From: a virus
Lineage: Duplodnaviria > Caudoviricetes
DNA length: 64,000 nucleotides
IMG/VR virus record: IMGVR_UViG_3300048911_000095
Span: 1,188 to 65,187 of that record
Strand: one strand, 5' to 3'
The notes below the pieces were generated by a model, which saw nothing but the letters and a program-made list of their open reading frames with translations, searched no databases and was not told the DNA's origin. Positions 37,514 through 47,155 of the stretch are shown here, piece by piece; the stretch's first letter is position 1, and the number at the start of each line of letters is the position of its first letter. Both the position numbers and the translations under genes were made by a program.

Positions 37514-37546
37514 TTATTACAAAATACTATTTTTGTGATATAAAAA

Positions 37547-37575
37547 AGGTGAGGTTTCGGCCTCACCTATTTTTT
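37547..37575 (+). terminator. intrinsic terminator
   Basis: AGGTGAGG-TTTCGG-CCTCACCT followed by ATTTTTT. Confidence 0.75.
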
Positions 37576-37600
37576 ACGAAAAAGGACACCTGAAAACAAT

Positions 37601-38509
37601 ATGAATGACACCCAACCGCCAAATATGCCCACACCGGACGACCCACAGTTAGACATTGCCCGTGCGGCCAATAACACTTGGACTTTCGAGGGTAAGGAAT
37701 ATGCGAAATACATGGCTAACCGTACCGGAACGATCGGGACTCCGATCATCCATCCGGTATCAAACAAGAAAGTCGGTATTTTGATTGCCGATTTCGCATG
37801 GAGTGAAGCCCAACCGTTTCTGGATCATCTCGATCTGAAACTGAAAGATGAACGTAACGTGCGCGAGGAAGTCACGGAGCGTAAACGTGCAAATCTCAGA
37901 TTGCAGAACGCGAATCTTTTCGATGCCACTGTCCAGCAAGGATCTATTGTCAAGCTTGATGAATTCGGCGATCAGTCGGAACCGATTCTCAAAAAGCGTG
38001 ATGCTATGCTTGCTTATCCGCCGGAGATCAAATCTGAGGCCGTCGATACCTGGCTTGGTGAGTTCCACATTGAGCGCTACTTTCACCCGGGAACGGATGA
38101 AGTGGAGTTGTTGTTAGCCGAGCCTGAGTCGATCTGGTTTACTGCCAAAGTCGGAGATTACAAGAATCCGGCACACATGCTTTTGTTTGAGTTCTCAACG
38201 CCGTCTCCGGATGCAAGACGTAACTATGAGAACGATACGTTCATTCCTGGCAGCAAGAATGAGCGCAACAAGATCACCACGTACTATTTTGTGAACAACA
38301 AAGCCAAGTTGAACTTTGCGAAAAAGTATTTCAAATCTGTCAGTGGTGCCGTGCTTGGCAAGGACGGTGAGATCGAGGTTGATACAGCCGATCTGAAACC
38401 GATACAGGATGCCGAGACAGTGAAACAATTCACCAAGGCGTTCAATCCGTATTGGTGGATTCAGTTCGCAGATGCGATTGCAGGAGCGTTCAGCATTGGG
38501 GGAAAGTAA
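37601..38509 (+). CDS. tail assembly chaperone (gpG-like)
   Basis: Ends G-GGA-AAG-TAA just upstream of the tape measure gene. Confidence 0.75.
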   Translation: MNDTQPPNMPTPDDPQLDIARAANNTWTFEGKEYAKYMANRTGTIGTPIIHPVSNKKVGILIADFAWSEAQPFLDHLDLKLKDERNVREEVTERKRANLRLQNANLFDATVQQGSIVKLDEFGDQSEPILKKRDAMLAYPPEIKSEAVDTWLGEFHIERYFHPGTDEVELLLAEPESIWFTAKVGDYKNPAHMLLFEFSTPSPDARRNYENDTFIPGSKNERNKITTYYFVNNKAKLNFAKKYFKSVSGAVLGKDGEIEVDTADLKPIQDAETVKQFTKAFNPYWWIQFADAIAGAFSIGGK

Positions 38510-38766
38510 CAGAGGAGCTTTTCGAGATTTTTCTTGAAATGCTCAAACAGGAAAATGTTGGAGACGATGGTTATATCCCGGCCGAATATCAACGGATCAT
38601 CCAGCAAACCCTGGATCTGCATAACGATCTGCAATTTGGGTATGCCTTTAATCGCGAACAGGCTTCATATACGGAGCTTTTAGGATCAAGGGCATACCAA
38701 CGTGCTATGAATCGCTTTGAGGCCGACAGAGCGAGAGAATGGAAGGAAAAGAATAACCAGACATAA
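38500..38766 (+). CDS. -1 programmed frameshift extension (gpGT-like)
   Basis: Slippery GGGAAAG at 38500-38506 (same heptamer as lambda G-T); the -1 frame reads GKVTEELF... to 38766. Confidence 0.85.
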   Translation, partial: GKVTEELFEIFLEMLKQENVGDDGYIPAEYQRIIQQTLDLHNDLQFGYAFNREQASYTELLGSRAYQRAMNRFEADRAREWKEKNNQT

Positions 38767-38768
38767 GG

Positions 38769-38824
38769 TTGACTAATTTCGCCTTTGTCTGGTATCTTTT
38801 TTGGGAAGTTGGGAACTGCCCAAC
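38769..38824 (+). promoter_or_regulatory. promoter plus 17-bp palindrome upstream of the tape measure gene
   Basis: TTGACT-N18-TATCTT, then GTTGGGAACTGCCCAAC at 38808-38824. Confidence 0.6.
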
Positions 38825-38847
38825 ATTTTTCTTTTTCTAATCCGAGA

Positions 38848-41800
38848 ATGTCAACCTATCGCTATAACGTAATTGTTGATGTCCAGATCAATACATCTGG
38901 CGCTCAAGGTGGTTTAGGTGGTGGATCTCCGGTCAAGGCATTGGAAAAGGATATGGATGCCGTCGAGAAGGCAACCGCTAAATCCGCAACAACATTCGGT
39001 ATCTGGGAAAGAGCATTCAAAGGGGCTTTCGTAGGATCAGTAGTCGGCCAAGTTACACGCACACTAATCGGCGGGATCGAGAATGTCATTTCCACGACAG
39101 AGGAATTGATAGCATCCTCTATCAAATTAGCAGCCCAACAGGAAATGACGATGAATGCGATGACGTTGTTTACCGGATCGGTTGTTAATGCCCGACAGGA
39201 ACTTGCCACACTCGATCAATTAGCCAGGAATACGCCCGGACTGCGCATGCTCGATGCCGAACAGGGTGCGACACGCCTTGCCGCCCTTGGTTTCCAGATG
39301 AAAACCATTGAGCAATTACAAGTAGGTCTGGCCAAGCAACGCCTCATATCCGGTGTCACAGATGAAGGTGCCATTAACCGCGTTATCGTCAACTTGCAGC
39401 AACTACGTGCAGGATCACCACAGATACAGCGAGACATCCAGCAGATGGTCCTCGCATTGCCGTCACTGTCTATCGAGATCACGAAAGCATTTGGCTCGAT
39501 CGACAAGTTCAAGGCGGCATTACGTCGAGATCCGGGCGATGCTATTGATAAATTCGCGGCGAGCATGGCGCAAGCAAAGGCACCAGCGGGTGGATTACAG
39601 AACGCAGTCGAGAAGCTAGAGGATGCAGTCATTGATGCCGGACGTACATTCGGCCAGCCATTACTTGAGCCTCTTACCAATGCCGCAGAAGATGCAACCA
39701 AGCGCATCTATGACAACAAATCAGCTATCGAGGAGTGGGGAAATTCCTTCGCATCCGTTATCAATCTTTTGAACACGCTTCAGGTTCCAAAGATTCTGCA
39801 AGCTGTGGCCACGATGACGGCTCTAAACGTACAAGCCGGGGTTGGCGGATCGTTGTTGTTGCTAGGACAGTTAGCAAATTTGGGCGGTGCTACCGGAATC
39901 GGTAGTGCATTGACTCAGGCCGGATTACCAGCGCCGGCAAGAGATCCGTTTGGAGAGGCATATCGCGTTGATCCGACATTGGGCGGACATTTTAATCCGA
40001 ACACATCTACCTTTGGTGGTAATTTGCGAGATCTAGGCAAGACACCGGACCAGCTAAATGTCGAACAGCTTCAGCGAAAGGAACTGGCACGGCAACATGA
40101 TCTGGTATCTAGTCAACTTTATTACAGCCAGGATAAAAAGTTGATGCAGGATAACTTTGCTGCGCAGGAAAAATCCTTGGACACGCATCATCGTTATACG
40201 ACCGCGCAAGAGATGTCTTTTCAGGATCGGCTGTTCAAAATGCAGCAGTCGCATTTACGACAGCAGTTGGATTTCGAGAACAAGGCCGCGGATAAGCAGA
40301 TCGCCTTGGCCGATGGTGACAAGGATAAGATCGAGGCTATCAATGCCAAACGTGCCGAAACTATTAGCGGTATTGATCGACAGATTTACGACAATGCTTT
40401 CGAGCACGAAAAGAAACTGTCTGACATGCGCGCTCAGATGGAGGAAGAACGCCGACAGGCAGCGATCAAGTCCAATGAACTTGAGCAACGTGCTATTCAG
40501 CAGATCACCGATAAACAGACTTTTGATATTCAGCAAAAGATCGATAAAACGCATGAGGGTTACGATGAACTGATCCGCGTGACCAATCAATCCTATGCTC
40601 AGTTAGAGGAACTTACATCCAAGCATTATGCTCTGGAATTGCAGGATCAAACCTTAACTTCCGAGCAAAGGATCAACGTTGAAAAAGAGATGAATTTGGC
40701 CATGCAAGATCTGGCCGAAAAGAATCGCGAGACTATTCAGCAGATCCAGGATAAAGCCAATGAGGAAATGGTTCGCAAGGCTCAAGCCCATGCGAACACC
40801 TTAAGCAATCTCTACCAGCAATCCGCGGGTGGTTTCCGGTCCATTCTTGAAGCCTTTCGGCCGGGAGCTGGTTTCGGAACTACATTGCCAGATGTCGGTC
40901 TGTTCTCTGCCTTTGGTTATCAGGGTGGAACGGACATCCGCGATTCTCAGCGTCAAGTGCAAGAGGGTACGCTATCCGTTTATCAGGCACAGGCAAATAT
41001 TCTTGAGAAGATCCATACACTCGAAACCGAACAGAGTCGAACGCAAAAGGATCTCCTAGATACGGAATTGTCACGAGGAACGATTTCACCGAAAGAATAC
41101 GAACAGCAGAAACGTATTCTTGAGTTGCAATACAGCCAGCTTCAGGTTTCACAAGCCATCGAAGGCAATTTACTCAAAGAATCTCTTGATCTCGGCAAAA
41201 TTAATGAGCTAACAAAGCAAATTAACGAGGGTAAGAAAGATGCGGTCATTATCGATGACAACCGAGTAAATGCGGCCAAGGATCTCCAAGCTGCCACAAC
41301 TGAATACAGATCTCAGGTTTTGGCCTTTGCTGATAAAAGTGTTATTTCGGCAGAGCGTGAAGCTGCGGCCTTAAAGACTGTAGTTGAACTTCGTCAGAAA
41401 GAACTTGATGCCCTTATCGAGATCGACAAGGACAATGCAATGTTGGCCGATCAACTGATCTTCCACAAGAACCAATCTGACGCAAAGGTATTGGATTTTC
41501 TGGCCTCGCAAAAGGGAATTACCGATATCGTTTCGGATGCGAAGATAGGTTTGATCTCGACTGCTTGGGATCAGATGGACGCAGCGATCGGGCGCGTAAC
41601 AGCCAAACTAGGCGTGTTCGGCAGTGTCATCAAGACGGTTCTATCCGATCTGTTACGGCTCATTACGAACAAATTGTTTCAGGGTTTGTTTGGTGGTGGA
41701 GGCGGTTTTGGTGGTGGAGGAGGCGGTGGCCGTGGCGGTATCTTCGGCTCTCTCGGTGGCAACGGTGGATTGTTTGGCGGTAGTTCTGGCGGTGCTGGCG

Positions 41801-43098
41801 GTTTGAATCTTGGTGGATTGTTCGGTGGAAATGCTGGCGGTGGAATATTTAACTTTGGTGCTGGCGCTGGCGGTGGATTTGCGAGTGGTGCGGCTGGTGG
41901 TGGATATCTGCCAAATCCCGCTGGCCTATCGCCTGGTGATTTCTCAGCGATGTTCGGACAGGATTTACTGTCGCCCGGAACGGCTGGCAGTGCGGCCGGT
42001 GGTATCGGTAGTGGTAGCAGTATCCTTTCTGGCCTTGGCGGTGCGTTGCCTATCCTCGGTGCTTCTCTTGGCGCCTCTGTCGGTGGATCTTCGATCAGTG
42101 GACAGATCTTAGGTGGTATCGGTGGAGCTGTCGGTGGTTTGGCCGTAGGAATCGGCACAGGCTTGCTTGGTGGAACCGTTGGCGGTATCGGTGGGTTTGC
42201 TACAGGGCTTGTTGGATTACTCGGGGGAACGTTGGCCGCTACGGGCGTGTTGGCCGGTGTTGCTGGCGTCTTGATCTTAGGTGCCTATTTGCTTGGCAGG
42301 GATAAGGCCAGAAAGCGCGATGAGAAAACGCGTAATCAGGCAATGATCGATGCGTTGGACGCTCTCAACAAACTGATTACCGGCGTCAACAATGACCAGA
42401 TCGACGGAGCGACGGCCTTACAGCAAGCGGCCTCGATCAGAGAGAACTATGTAACCAACATGGGTCAGTTGAAAGACAAGAAAACCCGTGGCATAGCTCT
42501 CAAGGATGTTTCGAGGTTGGATGCTCTTATTGGCCAGTTGAATACAGCCGTCACTAATCAGGTTTCGAGACAGCAACGCCAAGATCTGCTAGTGCCGACA
42601 TTTGCCGAGGGTGGACCTGTCGGATATCAGGATGGATTCGGTAGTGGAACAAGCGATAACTACATGGCCTTTTTCCCGGGTGCAGGACGATCTGCGATGT
42701 ACTCACCGACTGAATACATCCTCGACGCTGAGACAACGCGAAACATCGGTGTCCGCAATCTCAATACGATGCTCTCAAGCAAAGGTCGATCATTCCAGGA
42801 AATGCGGAATCAGATGGTACGGCCACGCTTTGCAACTGGTGGTGGTGTTGGGAGCTTCCCAACAGCCGAGGCCGCAGCTTCATCTGCAACGCAGGGTGGT
42901 CCGCCTGTTATCAATATCACTTTGCAAGTTGGATTGGCAGAGGAAGAATTTGTTAAGGTCATCGCGGCTACGATGAAAAGCAACAACGGTTCTCAGGAAC
43001 AGATCAATGCTATCGTCAAATCTCTTACCAACTCAGGACAGGATTCGACTGTCGCACAACTGGCAGAACTTCTTAAGCCGCGCATCACTGGTAAATAA
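38848..43098 (+). CDS. tail tape measure protein
   Basis: ~1416 aa, helical, Gly-rich hydrophobic C-terminal region, FAEGG...GTSD motif; start moved to ATG 38848. Confidence 0.92.
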   Translation: MSTYRYNVIVDVQINTSGAQGGLGGGSPVKALEKDMDAVEKATAKSATTFGIWERAFKGAFVGSVVGQVTRTLIGGIENVISTTEELIASSIKLAAQQEMTMNAMTLFTGSVVNARQELATLDQLARNTPGLRMLDAEQGATRLAALGFQMKTIEQLQVGLAKQRLISGVTDEGAINRVIVNLQQLRAGSPQIQRDIQQMVLALPSLSIEITKAFGSIDKFKAALRRDPGDAIDKFAASMAQAKAPAGGLQNAVEKLEDAVIDAGRTFGQPLLEPLTNAAEDATKRIYDNKSAIEEWGNSFASVINLLNTLQVPKILQAVATMTALNVQAGVGGSLLLLGQLANLGGATGIGSALTQAGLPAPARDPFGEAYRVDPTLGGHFNPNTSTFGGNLRDLGKTPDQLNVEQLQRKELARQHDLVSSQLYYSQDKKLMQDNFAAQEKSLDTHHRYTTAQEMSFQDRLFKMQQSHLRQQLDFENKAADKQIALADGDKDKIEAINAKRAETISGIDRQIYDNAFEHEKKLSDMRAQMEEERRQAAIKSNELEQRAIQQITDKQTFDIQQKIDKTHEGYDELIRVTNQSYAQLEELTSKHYALELQDQTLTSEQRINVEKEMNLAMQDLAEKNRETIQQIQDKANEEMVRKAQAHANTLSNLYQQSAGGFRSILEAFRPGAGFGTTLPDVGLFSAFGYQGGTDIRDSQRQVQEGTLSVYQAQANILEKIHTLETEQSRTQKDLLDTELSRGTISPKEYEQQKRILELQYSQLQVSQAIEGNLLKESLDLGKINELTKQINEGKKDAVIIDDNRVNAAKDLQAATTEYRSQVLAFADKSVISAEREAAALKTVVELRQKELDALIEIDKDNAMLADQLIFHKNQSDAKVLDFLASQKGITDIVSDAKIGLISTAWDQMDAAIGRVTAKLGVFGSVIKTVLSDLLRLITNKLFQGLFGGGGGFGGGGGGGRGGIFGSLGGNGGLFGGSSGGAGGLNLGGLFGGNAGGGIFNFGAGAGGGFASGAAGGGYLPNPAGLSPGDFSAMFGQDLLSPGTAGSAAGGIGSGSSILSGLGGALPILGASLGASVGGSSISGQILGGIGGAVGGLAVGIGTGLLGGTVGGIGGFATGLVGLLGGTLAATGVLAGVAGVLILGAYLLGRDKARKRDEKTRNQAMIDALDALNKLITGVNNDQIDGATALQQAASIRENYVTNMGQLKDKKTRGIALKDVSRLDALIGQLNTAVTNQVSRQQRQDLLVPTFAEGGPVGYQDGFGSGTSDNYMAFFPGAGRSAMYSPTEYILDAETTRNIGVRNLNTMLSSKGRSFQEMRNQMVRPRFATGGGVGSFPTAEAAASSATQGGPPVINITLQVGLAEEEFVKVIAATMKSNNGSQEQINAIVKSLTNSGQDSTVAQLAELLKPRITGK

Positions 43099-45161
43099 TG
43101 GCTCTCATTGCTCATACAGTTCACACCGATCCCTACAACACTACGACCGTCACAACGTCGCCAATAGATACTACTGGCGCGGAATTTATTGCTGTTTGTG
43201 TTTGTGGATATAACAACATTCCTTCAGCCGTCACGGATGCATATGGAAATACGTGGGTCGCCTTAACTACGAGGGTAGGCGGCGGCGGTTTGGGCGATGA
43301 AATGTACGCCCGCATTTTTTATTGCATCAATCCGACTGTCGGATCTGGTCATACCTTTTCTGTTAACGGTACGAGCATGCAATTAATCGTCGGCGTCCAA
43401 GCATTTGACGATTTAATTGCTTCATTTGATGCGGAAAGCGGATTTGGTAGCGTGGCAGCGGCGTCATCGGTTCAGCCAGGTAGCATATCTCCTGCGAATG
43501 ATGGCGAGCTATTTATTACATCTGTTTCAACGGATAGTTTAAGTGTCCCAACAATCGATTCCGGTTTCACTATTTCAGACACTTTAGCAAGTGGTCAGGT
43601 GGCTGGTTTTGCTTATAAGAAACAAACAGGAAGTGCGGCGGCAGAGAATCCGACTTGGACGTTAGCTGGTGGACCAAGAGGAATTGCTACTGCAATGGCC
43701 GCGTTTGCGATAGCTCCGCCACCGCCAACGATTACATCAACGTCCTTGCCGAATGGATTGCTTGGAACCGCTTACAGCGCAACGCCAACTGTCTCTGGTG
43801 GTGTAGGTTCGATAACGTGGAGCATTATATCTGGATCGCTCCCGCCAGGACTAAGCCTGAATACTTCAACAGGTGCTATTACCGGAACTCCGACAGTGGC
43901 CGGATCTTATAGCTTTACCTTACGTGCCACGGACACGACACCGAGTTTTGACGATCAGGCTTTCACATTACTTATCAACGATTTCAGTCCTCACGGATTG
44001 TTTAATCAGGTAAGAGAAAGTCCTGATGCGGTTTCGGTTTGGACGGTCAAGGTGACTTTTCCGGCCTTTGGTATCTTACCTGAGAGGATACTTACATGGT
44101 CCACGGTTGCGGATGTGGAGTTAGAGAATGGCGATATGTTCTCAAAGGCTCTGACCGATCCCCCGAAAATGCGTCATCAGCGAGATCGTGGAAATGATTA
44201 TGCTGAGTTCAGTGTGGCCGATCCAGGGAAGATATTTTATCAATCGATCTTGCCCTATGAGGATTTGATCGAAACTGCATCTGTCGAGATCCGAGAAGCT
44301 TATGAGGTTGTCGCAGGATATTTTGCATCTGAGATCAATTTCTATGGTTTCCTGAAAGACTTCCAGATCGATGATACGAATAATGTTTTAGGGTTTACTG
44401 TTCTGTCGGATATGTCACGCGGTGGTTTCTTTGCTGGCAACCGCATTCTTACCAGAGAACGATGTGGAACCGCATTTAACGTTAATGGTGTTCTTGCGCC
44501 AGAGGACAGTATTTGCGGCTGGCAAACCTCACAAGGCGGCAATGCTCTTTTCTGTTCCAAGTTGCTTCTCGGCGTCGATGGCTGTGCTGCACATCTCAAT
44601 ACACATCGATTCTATGCAGTAACGGCCTTATCAACATCCGCGGTCCAGATCATCGGCAATGAGATTCCCGGCTCTGGCGGTGGATGGGATTACGAAACCG
44701 GACCGTGCTTTGGTGAAAAGGTGTTCGTGGTCATGGGCGATGGTTCGATCATTCCGATCACCAAGGCCAAGCCAGGAATGAATGCTCTCGGCATTGATCT
44801 ATTCCGGAACGATGCCTTGGTTTATGACAATGAGATCTATCAGCAATTGGAAACGCCGGATCAGGAACTTTGGGAAGCTGAGTTTGACGATGCGGTGTTT
44901 CAGGTAAAGAAGAACCATTTGTTTTACGTAGGATCGCGATACTTTGCCCCTGTAGGGTTTTTAGGTGAAAGTCCTGCCTTGGGTATGGATTTGAGCGGAA
45001 AGCCCGTCATATCGCGTCTATTGAGCATTGAGAAGCTATCTGGGCTGTTCTCTGTGTATAATTTATGGACGGCCACAGGTAATTACGTGGTGACTGACGA
45101 AAACCGGACTTGGTTCGCAGTCGTGCATAATGACAAACCGATCGAAGCGCGTATGATCTAA
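43098..45161 (+). CDS. multidomain tail-tip protein: beta-rich N-domain, He_PIG-like Ig domain, Cys-containing gpL-like domain, C-terminal Hint domain
   Basis: SLPPGLSLNTSTGAITGTPT; C...C...C...C cluster; CFGEKVFV.MGDG ... VYNL ... VVHN. Confidence 0.75.
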   Translation: MALIAHTVHTDPYNTTTVTTSPIDTTGAEFIAVCVCGYNNIPSAVTDAYGNTWVALTTRVGGGGLGDEMYARIFYCINPTVGSGHTFSVNGTSMQLIVGVQAFDDLIASFDAESGFGSVAAASSVQPGSISPANDGELFITSVSTDSLSVPTIDSGFTISDTLASGQVAGFAYKKQTGSAAAENPTWTLAGGPRGIATAMAAFAIAPPPPTITSTSLPNGLLGTAYSATPTVSGGVGSITWSIISGSLPPGLSLNTSTGAITGTPTVAGSYSFTLRATDTTPSFDDQAFTLLINDFSPHGLFNQVRESPDAVSVWTVKVTFPAFGILPERILTWSTVADVELENGDMFSKALTDPPKMRHQRDRGNDYAEFSVADPGKIFYQSILPYEDLIETASVEIREAYEVVAGYFASEINFYGFLKDFQIDDTNNVLGFTVLSDMSRGGFFAGNRILTRERCGTAFNVNGVLAPEDSICGWQTSQGGNALFCSKLLLGVDGCAAHLNTHRFYAVTALSTSAVQIIGNEIPGSGGGWDYETGPCFGEKVFVVMGDGSIIPITKAKPGMNALGIDLFRNDALVYDNEIYQQLETPDQELWEAEFDDAVFQVKKNHLFYVGSRYFAPVGFLGESPALGMDLSGKPVISRLLSIEKLSGLFSVYNLWTATGNYVVTDENRTWFAVVHNDKPIEARMI

Positions 45162-45165
45162 CACA

Positions 45166-47133
45166 ATGCCTTTTGTCCTCAGAACAACCAACGATATCAA
45201 TAACCCTACCCTTGCCGGTGGGGTTTACGGTAAATACATCACGATCGGGCGCGGCATCTACTACCGCTATGATGGTTCGCAGACTCGGGGGATAATCTTC
45301 ATTTCGGATGGCGGCAAGTATGGCCTCGATTCGATTGATGAAGTTCTCTACAAAGGCTCTGATCTCACCGTTACGACCAATTACATTTTTCACCGCGGGA
45401 CACTGACCAAACAGATCTCTCCACGTGTTATTACTATCAATAGTTCAACCGATGTCGTGACCGATGCCAGCAATCCGTTTGCTAATGGAGATCTGGTAAG
45501 ATTCGGGACCGGTGAAGGCGTGTTGCCGCCAGAGATCAATGCTGATACCAGATATAAGATATCCGACAGGACATCCGGCAACTACAAGATCAAGGATGAA
45601 AGTGGATCGACCTACATAAATTTCTCTACCAATGGAACAGGAACGATCCGTATCTGGAAAGCCGACGCTGGCTTTGATGATCCAGATCAAGGTTTGCCGA
45701 CTTTCTGCCCAGAGGTCAATACCACGTTCAGCAATATTGCCTATATCGAATTCAAGTTGCCTAGCGGCGTATCAAGTCCAACCGATCCACCTGATTGGGA
45801 AGATTTTCGCATTATCGGAACCGGACGGCGATTAATGGATTATGACGATACAGGCGCAGAACTTGGTGTTATCACGGTTGCCGACGATCTTTCGAATTTA
45901 GCCTTGGAAGTTGTTGATAACGCTCTCAATAACTACAAGGTCAATCCGCTTCGCATAGATTGGCCAAGCTGGAAAACTTTCCGAGATGATTGCGATACTT
46001 TGATCTGGCAACGAATACCGCCGGGATCGGATGATACGCCGATAGCAGGATCATGGTCCGCAAGATATTACAGCGATGTCTTTTTCACTGATCTTGTGGT
46101 AACGACAAGCGAGGCAACGATCAATTTTAGTGGCCTTGGGAGCGGTGCAGGTCCAGCCCCGGGAGTGGCAGGGCAACCATTCAGCGCGATCTTCACGGCC
46201 AATATCATTCCGCTTTACACGGAACTATACACACTTAGCTCGCCAGGAATCGATGACACTATTGAATTGCGGATAGATGGCGTTCTAGTCATGAGCGGTT
46301 CGACTCCATCGAGTCCGTCAGTGAATTTTTCGATGGTAGCCGGACAAAGCTATGCATTCGAAGTGAGATGGCAGCAAAGCGGCGTCGGTGGTTCCAATCC
46401 ATATTTGATTCAATTGAAATGGCAGTCGGCATCTCAGGCATTAGAGATCATTCCTGCAACGGCCGCATCACCTACGGATGTTCAAGTGAAACGCTATGAA
46501 TGCCATACGGCTTTTCCAACTGCCACGGACTGTGCAGAGGTCCACGAAAGGTTAATGGAAAGAGCGCCAGGTTGGGATTGGACGGACGATGATGGTTTGA
46601 TTAAGTTTCTTCCACCGGATCGACCAGTGGTCTTTGCTTTCGTGTTCGACAAACTTGATGACGATAGCCGAGCTAATTTTGTCAAAGACACGTTCCAAAA
46701 GAAACGCAGGGCTATTACAGATCGTAAGAATTTCCTTCTATTTCGATACCGCGATGTTTTGAAAGACGGATTTCCATTTGTTTTTGTTCAGGCAGATCGG
46801 CCAGCCTTACGTGATCTCACCAATGGTGAGCCTACCAACGATCCGGCAAGCGATCTTGGTGTATCCACACGCAGCCTTGCCGAGCGAATGGGTGAAATGG
46901 AAATGGTGCTCAAGACCGATCCTACACATACGATCAATGTGTCTGGTTCCCGGCCGTCCTCGAAGCTGCGAAAGAATCAATTCGTGCATATGAGCTACTT
47001 CGATGTCGATGGAAATTTCGTGGCCGATGCTAAATATATGGTTACTTTCAGATCATGGGGATCGAAGGATAGCAGAAACGACTTTTCTTTATTACCGATT
47101 CCTGATATTTTCTATTCGGACGAACCTGTTTAA
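45166..47133 (+). CDS. tail tip/hub protein with an inserted PA14-like domain
   Basis: WSARYY...FSAIFTANI...DDTIELRIDG...YAFEVRWQQ...LKWQS. Confidence 0.7.
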   Translation: MPFVLRTTNDINNPTLAGGVYGKYITIGRGIYYRYDGSQTRGIIFISDGGKYGLDSIDEVLYKGSDLTVTTNYIFHRGTLTKQISPRVITINSSTDVVTDASNPFANGDLVRFGTGEGVLPPEINADTRYKISDRTSGNYKIKDESGSTYINFSTNGTGTIRIWKADAGFDDPDQGLPTFCPEVNTTFSNIAYIEFKLPSGVSSPTDPPDWEDFRIIGTGRRLMDYDDTGAELGVITVADDLSNLALEVVDNALNNYKVNPLRIDWPSWKTFRDDCDTLIWQRIPPGSDDTPIAGSWSARYYSDVFFTDLVVTTSEATINFSGLGSGAGPAPGVAGQPFSAIFTANIIPLYTELYTLSSPGIDDTIELRIDGVLVMSGSTPSSPSVNFSMVAGQSYAFEVRWQQSGVGGSNPYLIQLKWQSASQALEIIPATAASPTDVQVKRYECHTAFPTATDCAEVHERLMERAPGWDWTDDDGLIKFLPPDRPVVFAFVFDKLDDDSRANFVKDTFQKKRRAITDRKNFLLFRYRDVLKDGFPFVFVQADRPALRDLTNGEPTNDPASDLGVSTRSLAERMGEMEMVLKTDPTHTINVSGSRPSSKLRKNQFVHMSYFDVDGNFVADAKYMVTFRSWGSKDSRNDFSLLPIPDIFYSDEPV

Positions 47134-47155
47134 GATTTTCCAAGTGTAAATTGCT

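Noticed and set aside
41690-41900. GGT/GGC microsatellite-like tract
   Set aside because: Encodes the ordinary Gly-rich segment of the tape measure protein.
44706-45131. Canonical splicing intein
   Set aside because: The +1 residue is Asp, the C-extein is only 9 aa, and there is no homing endonuclease; reported as a Hint/BIL domain instead.
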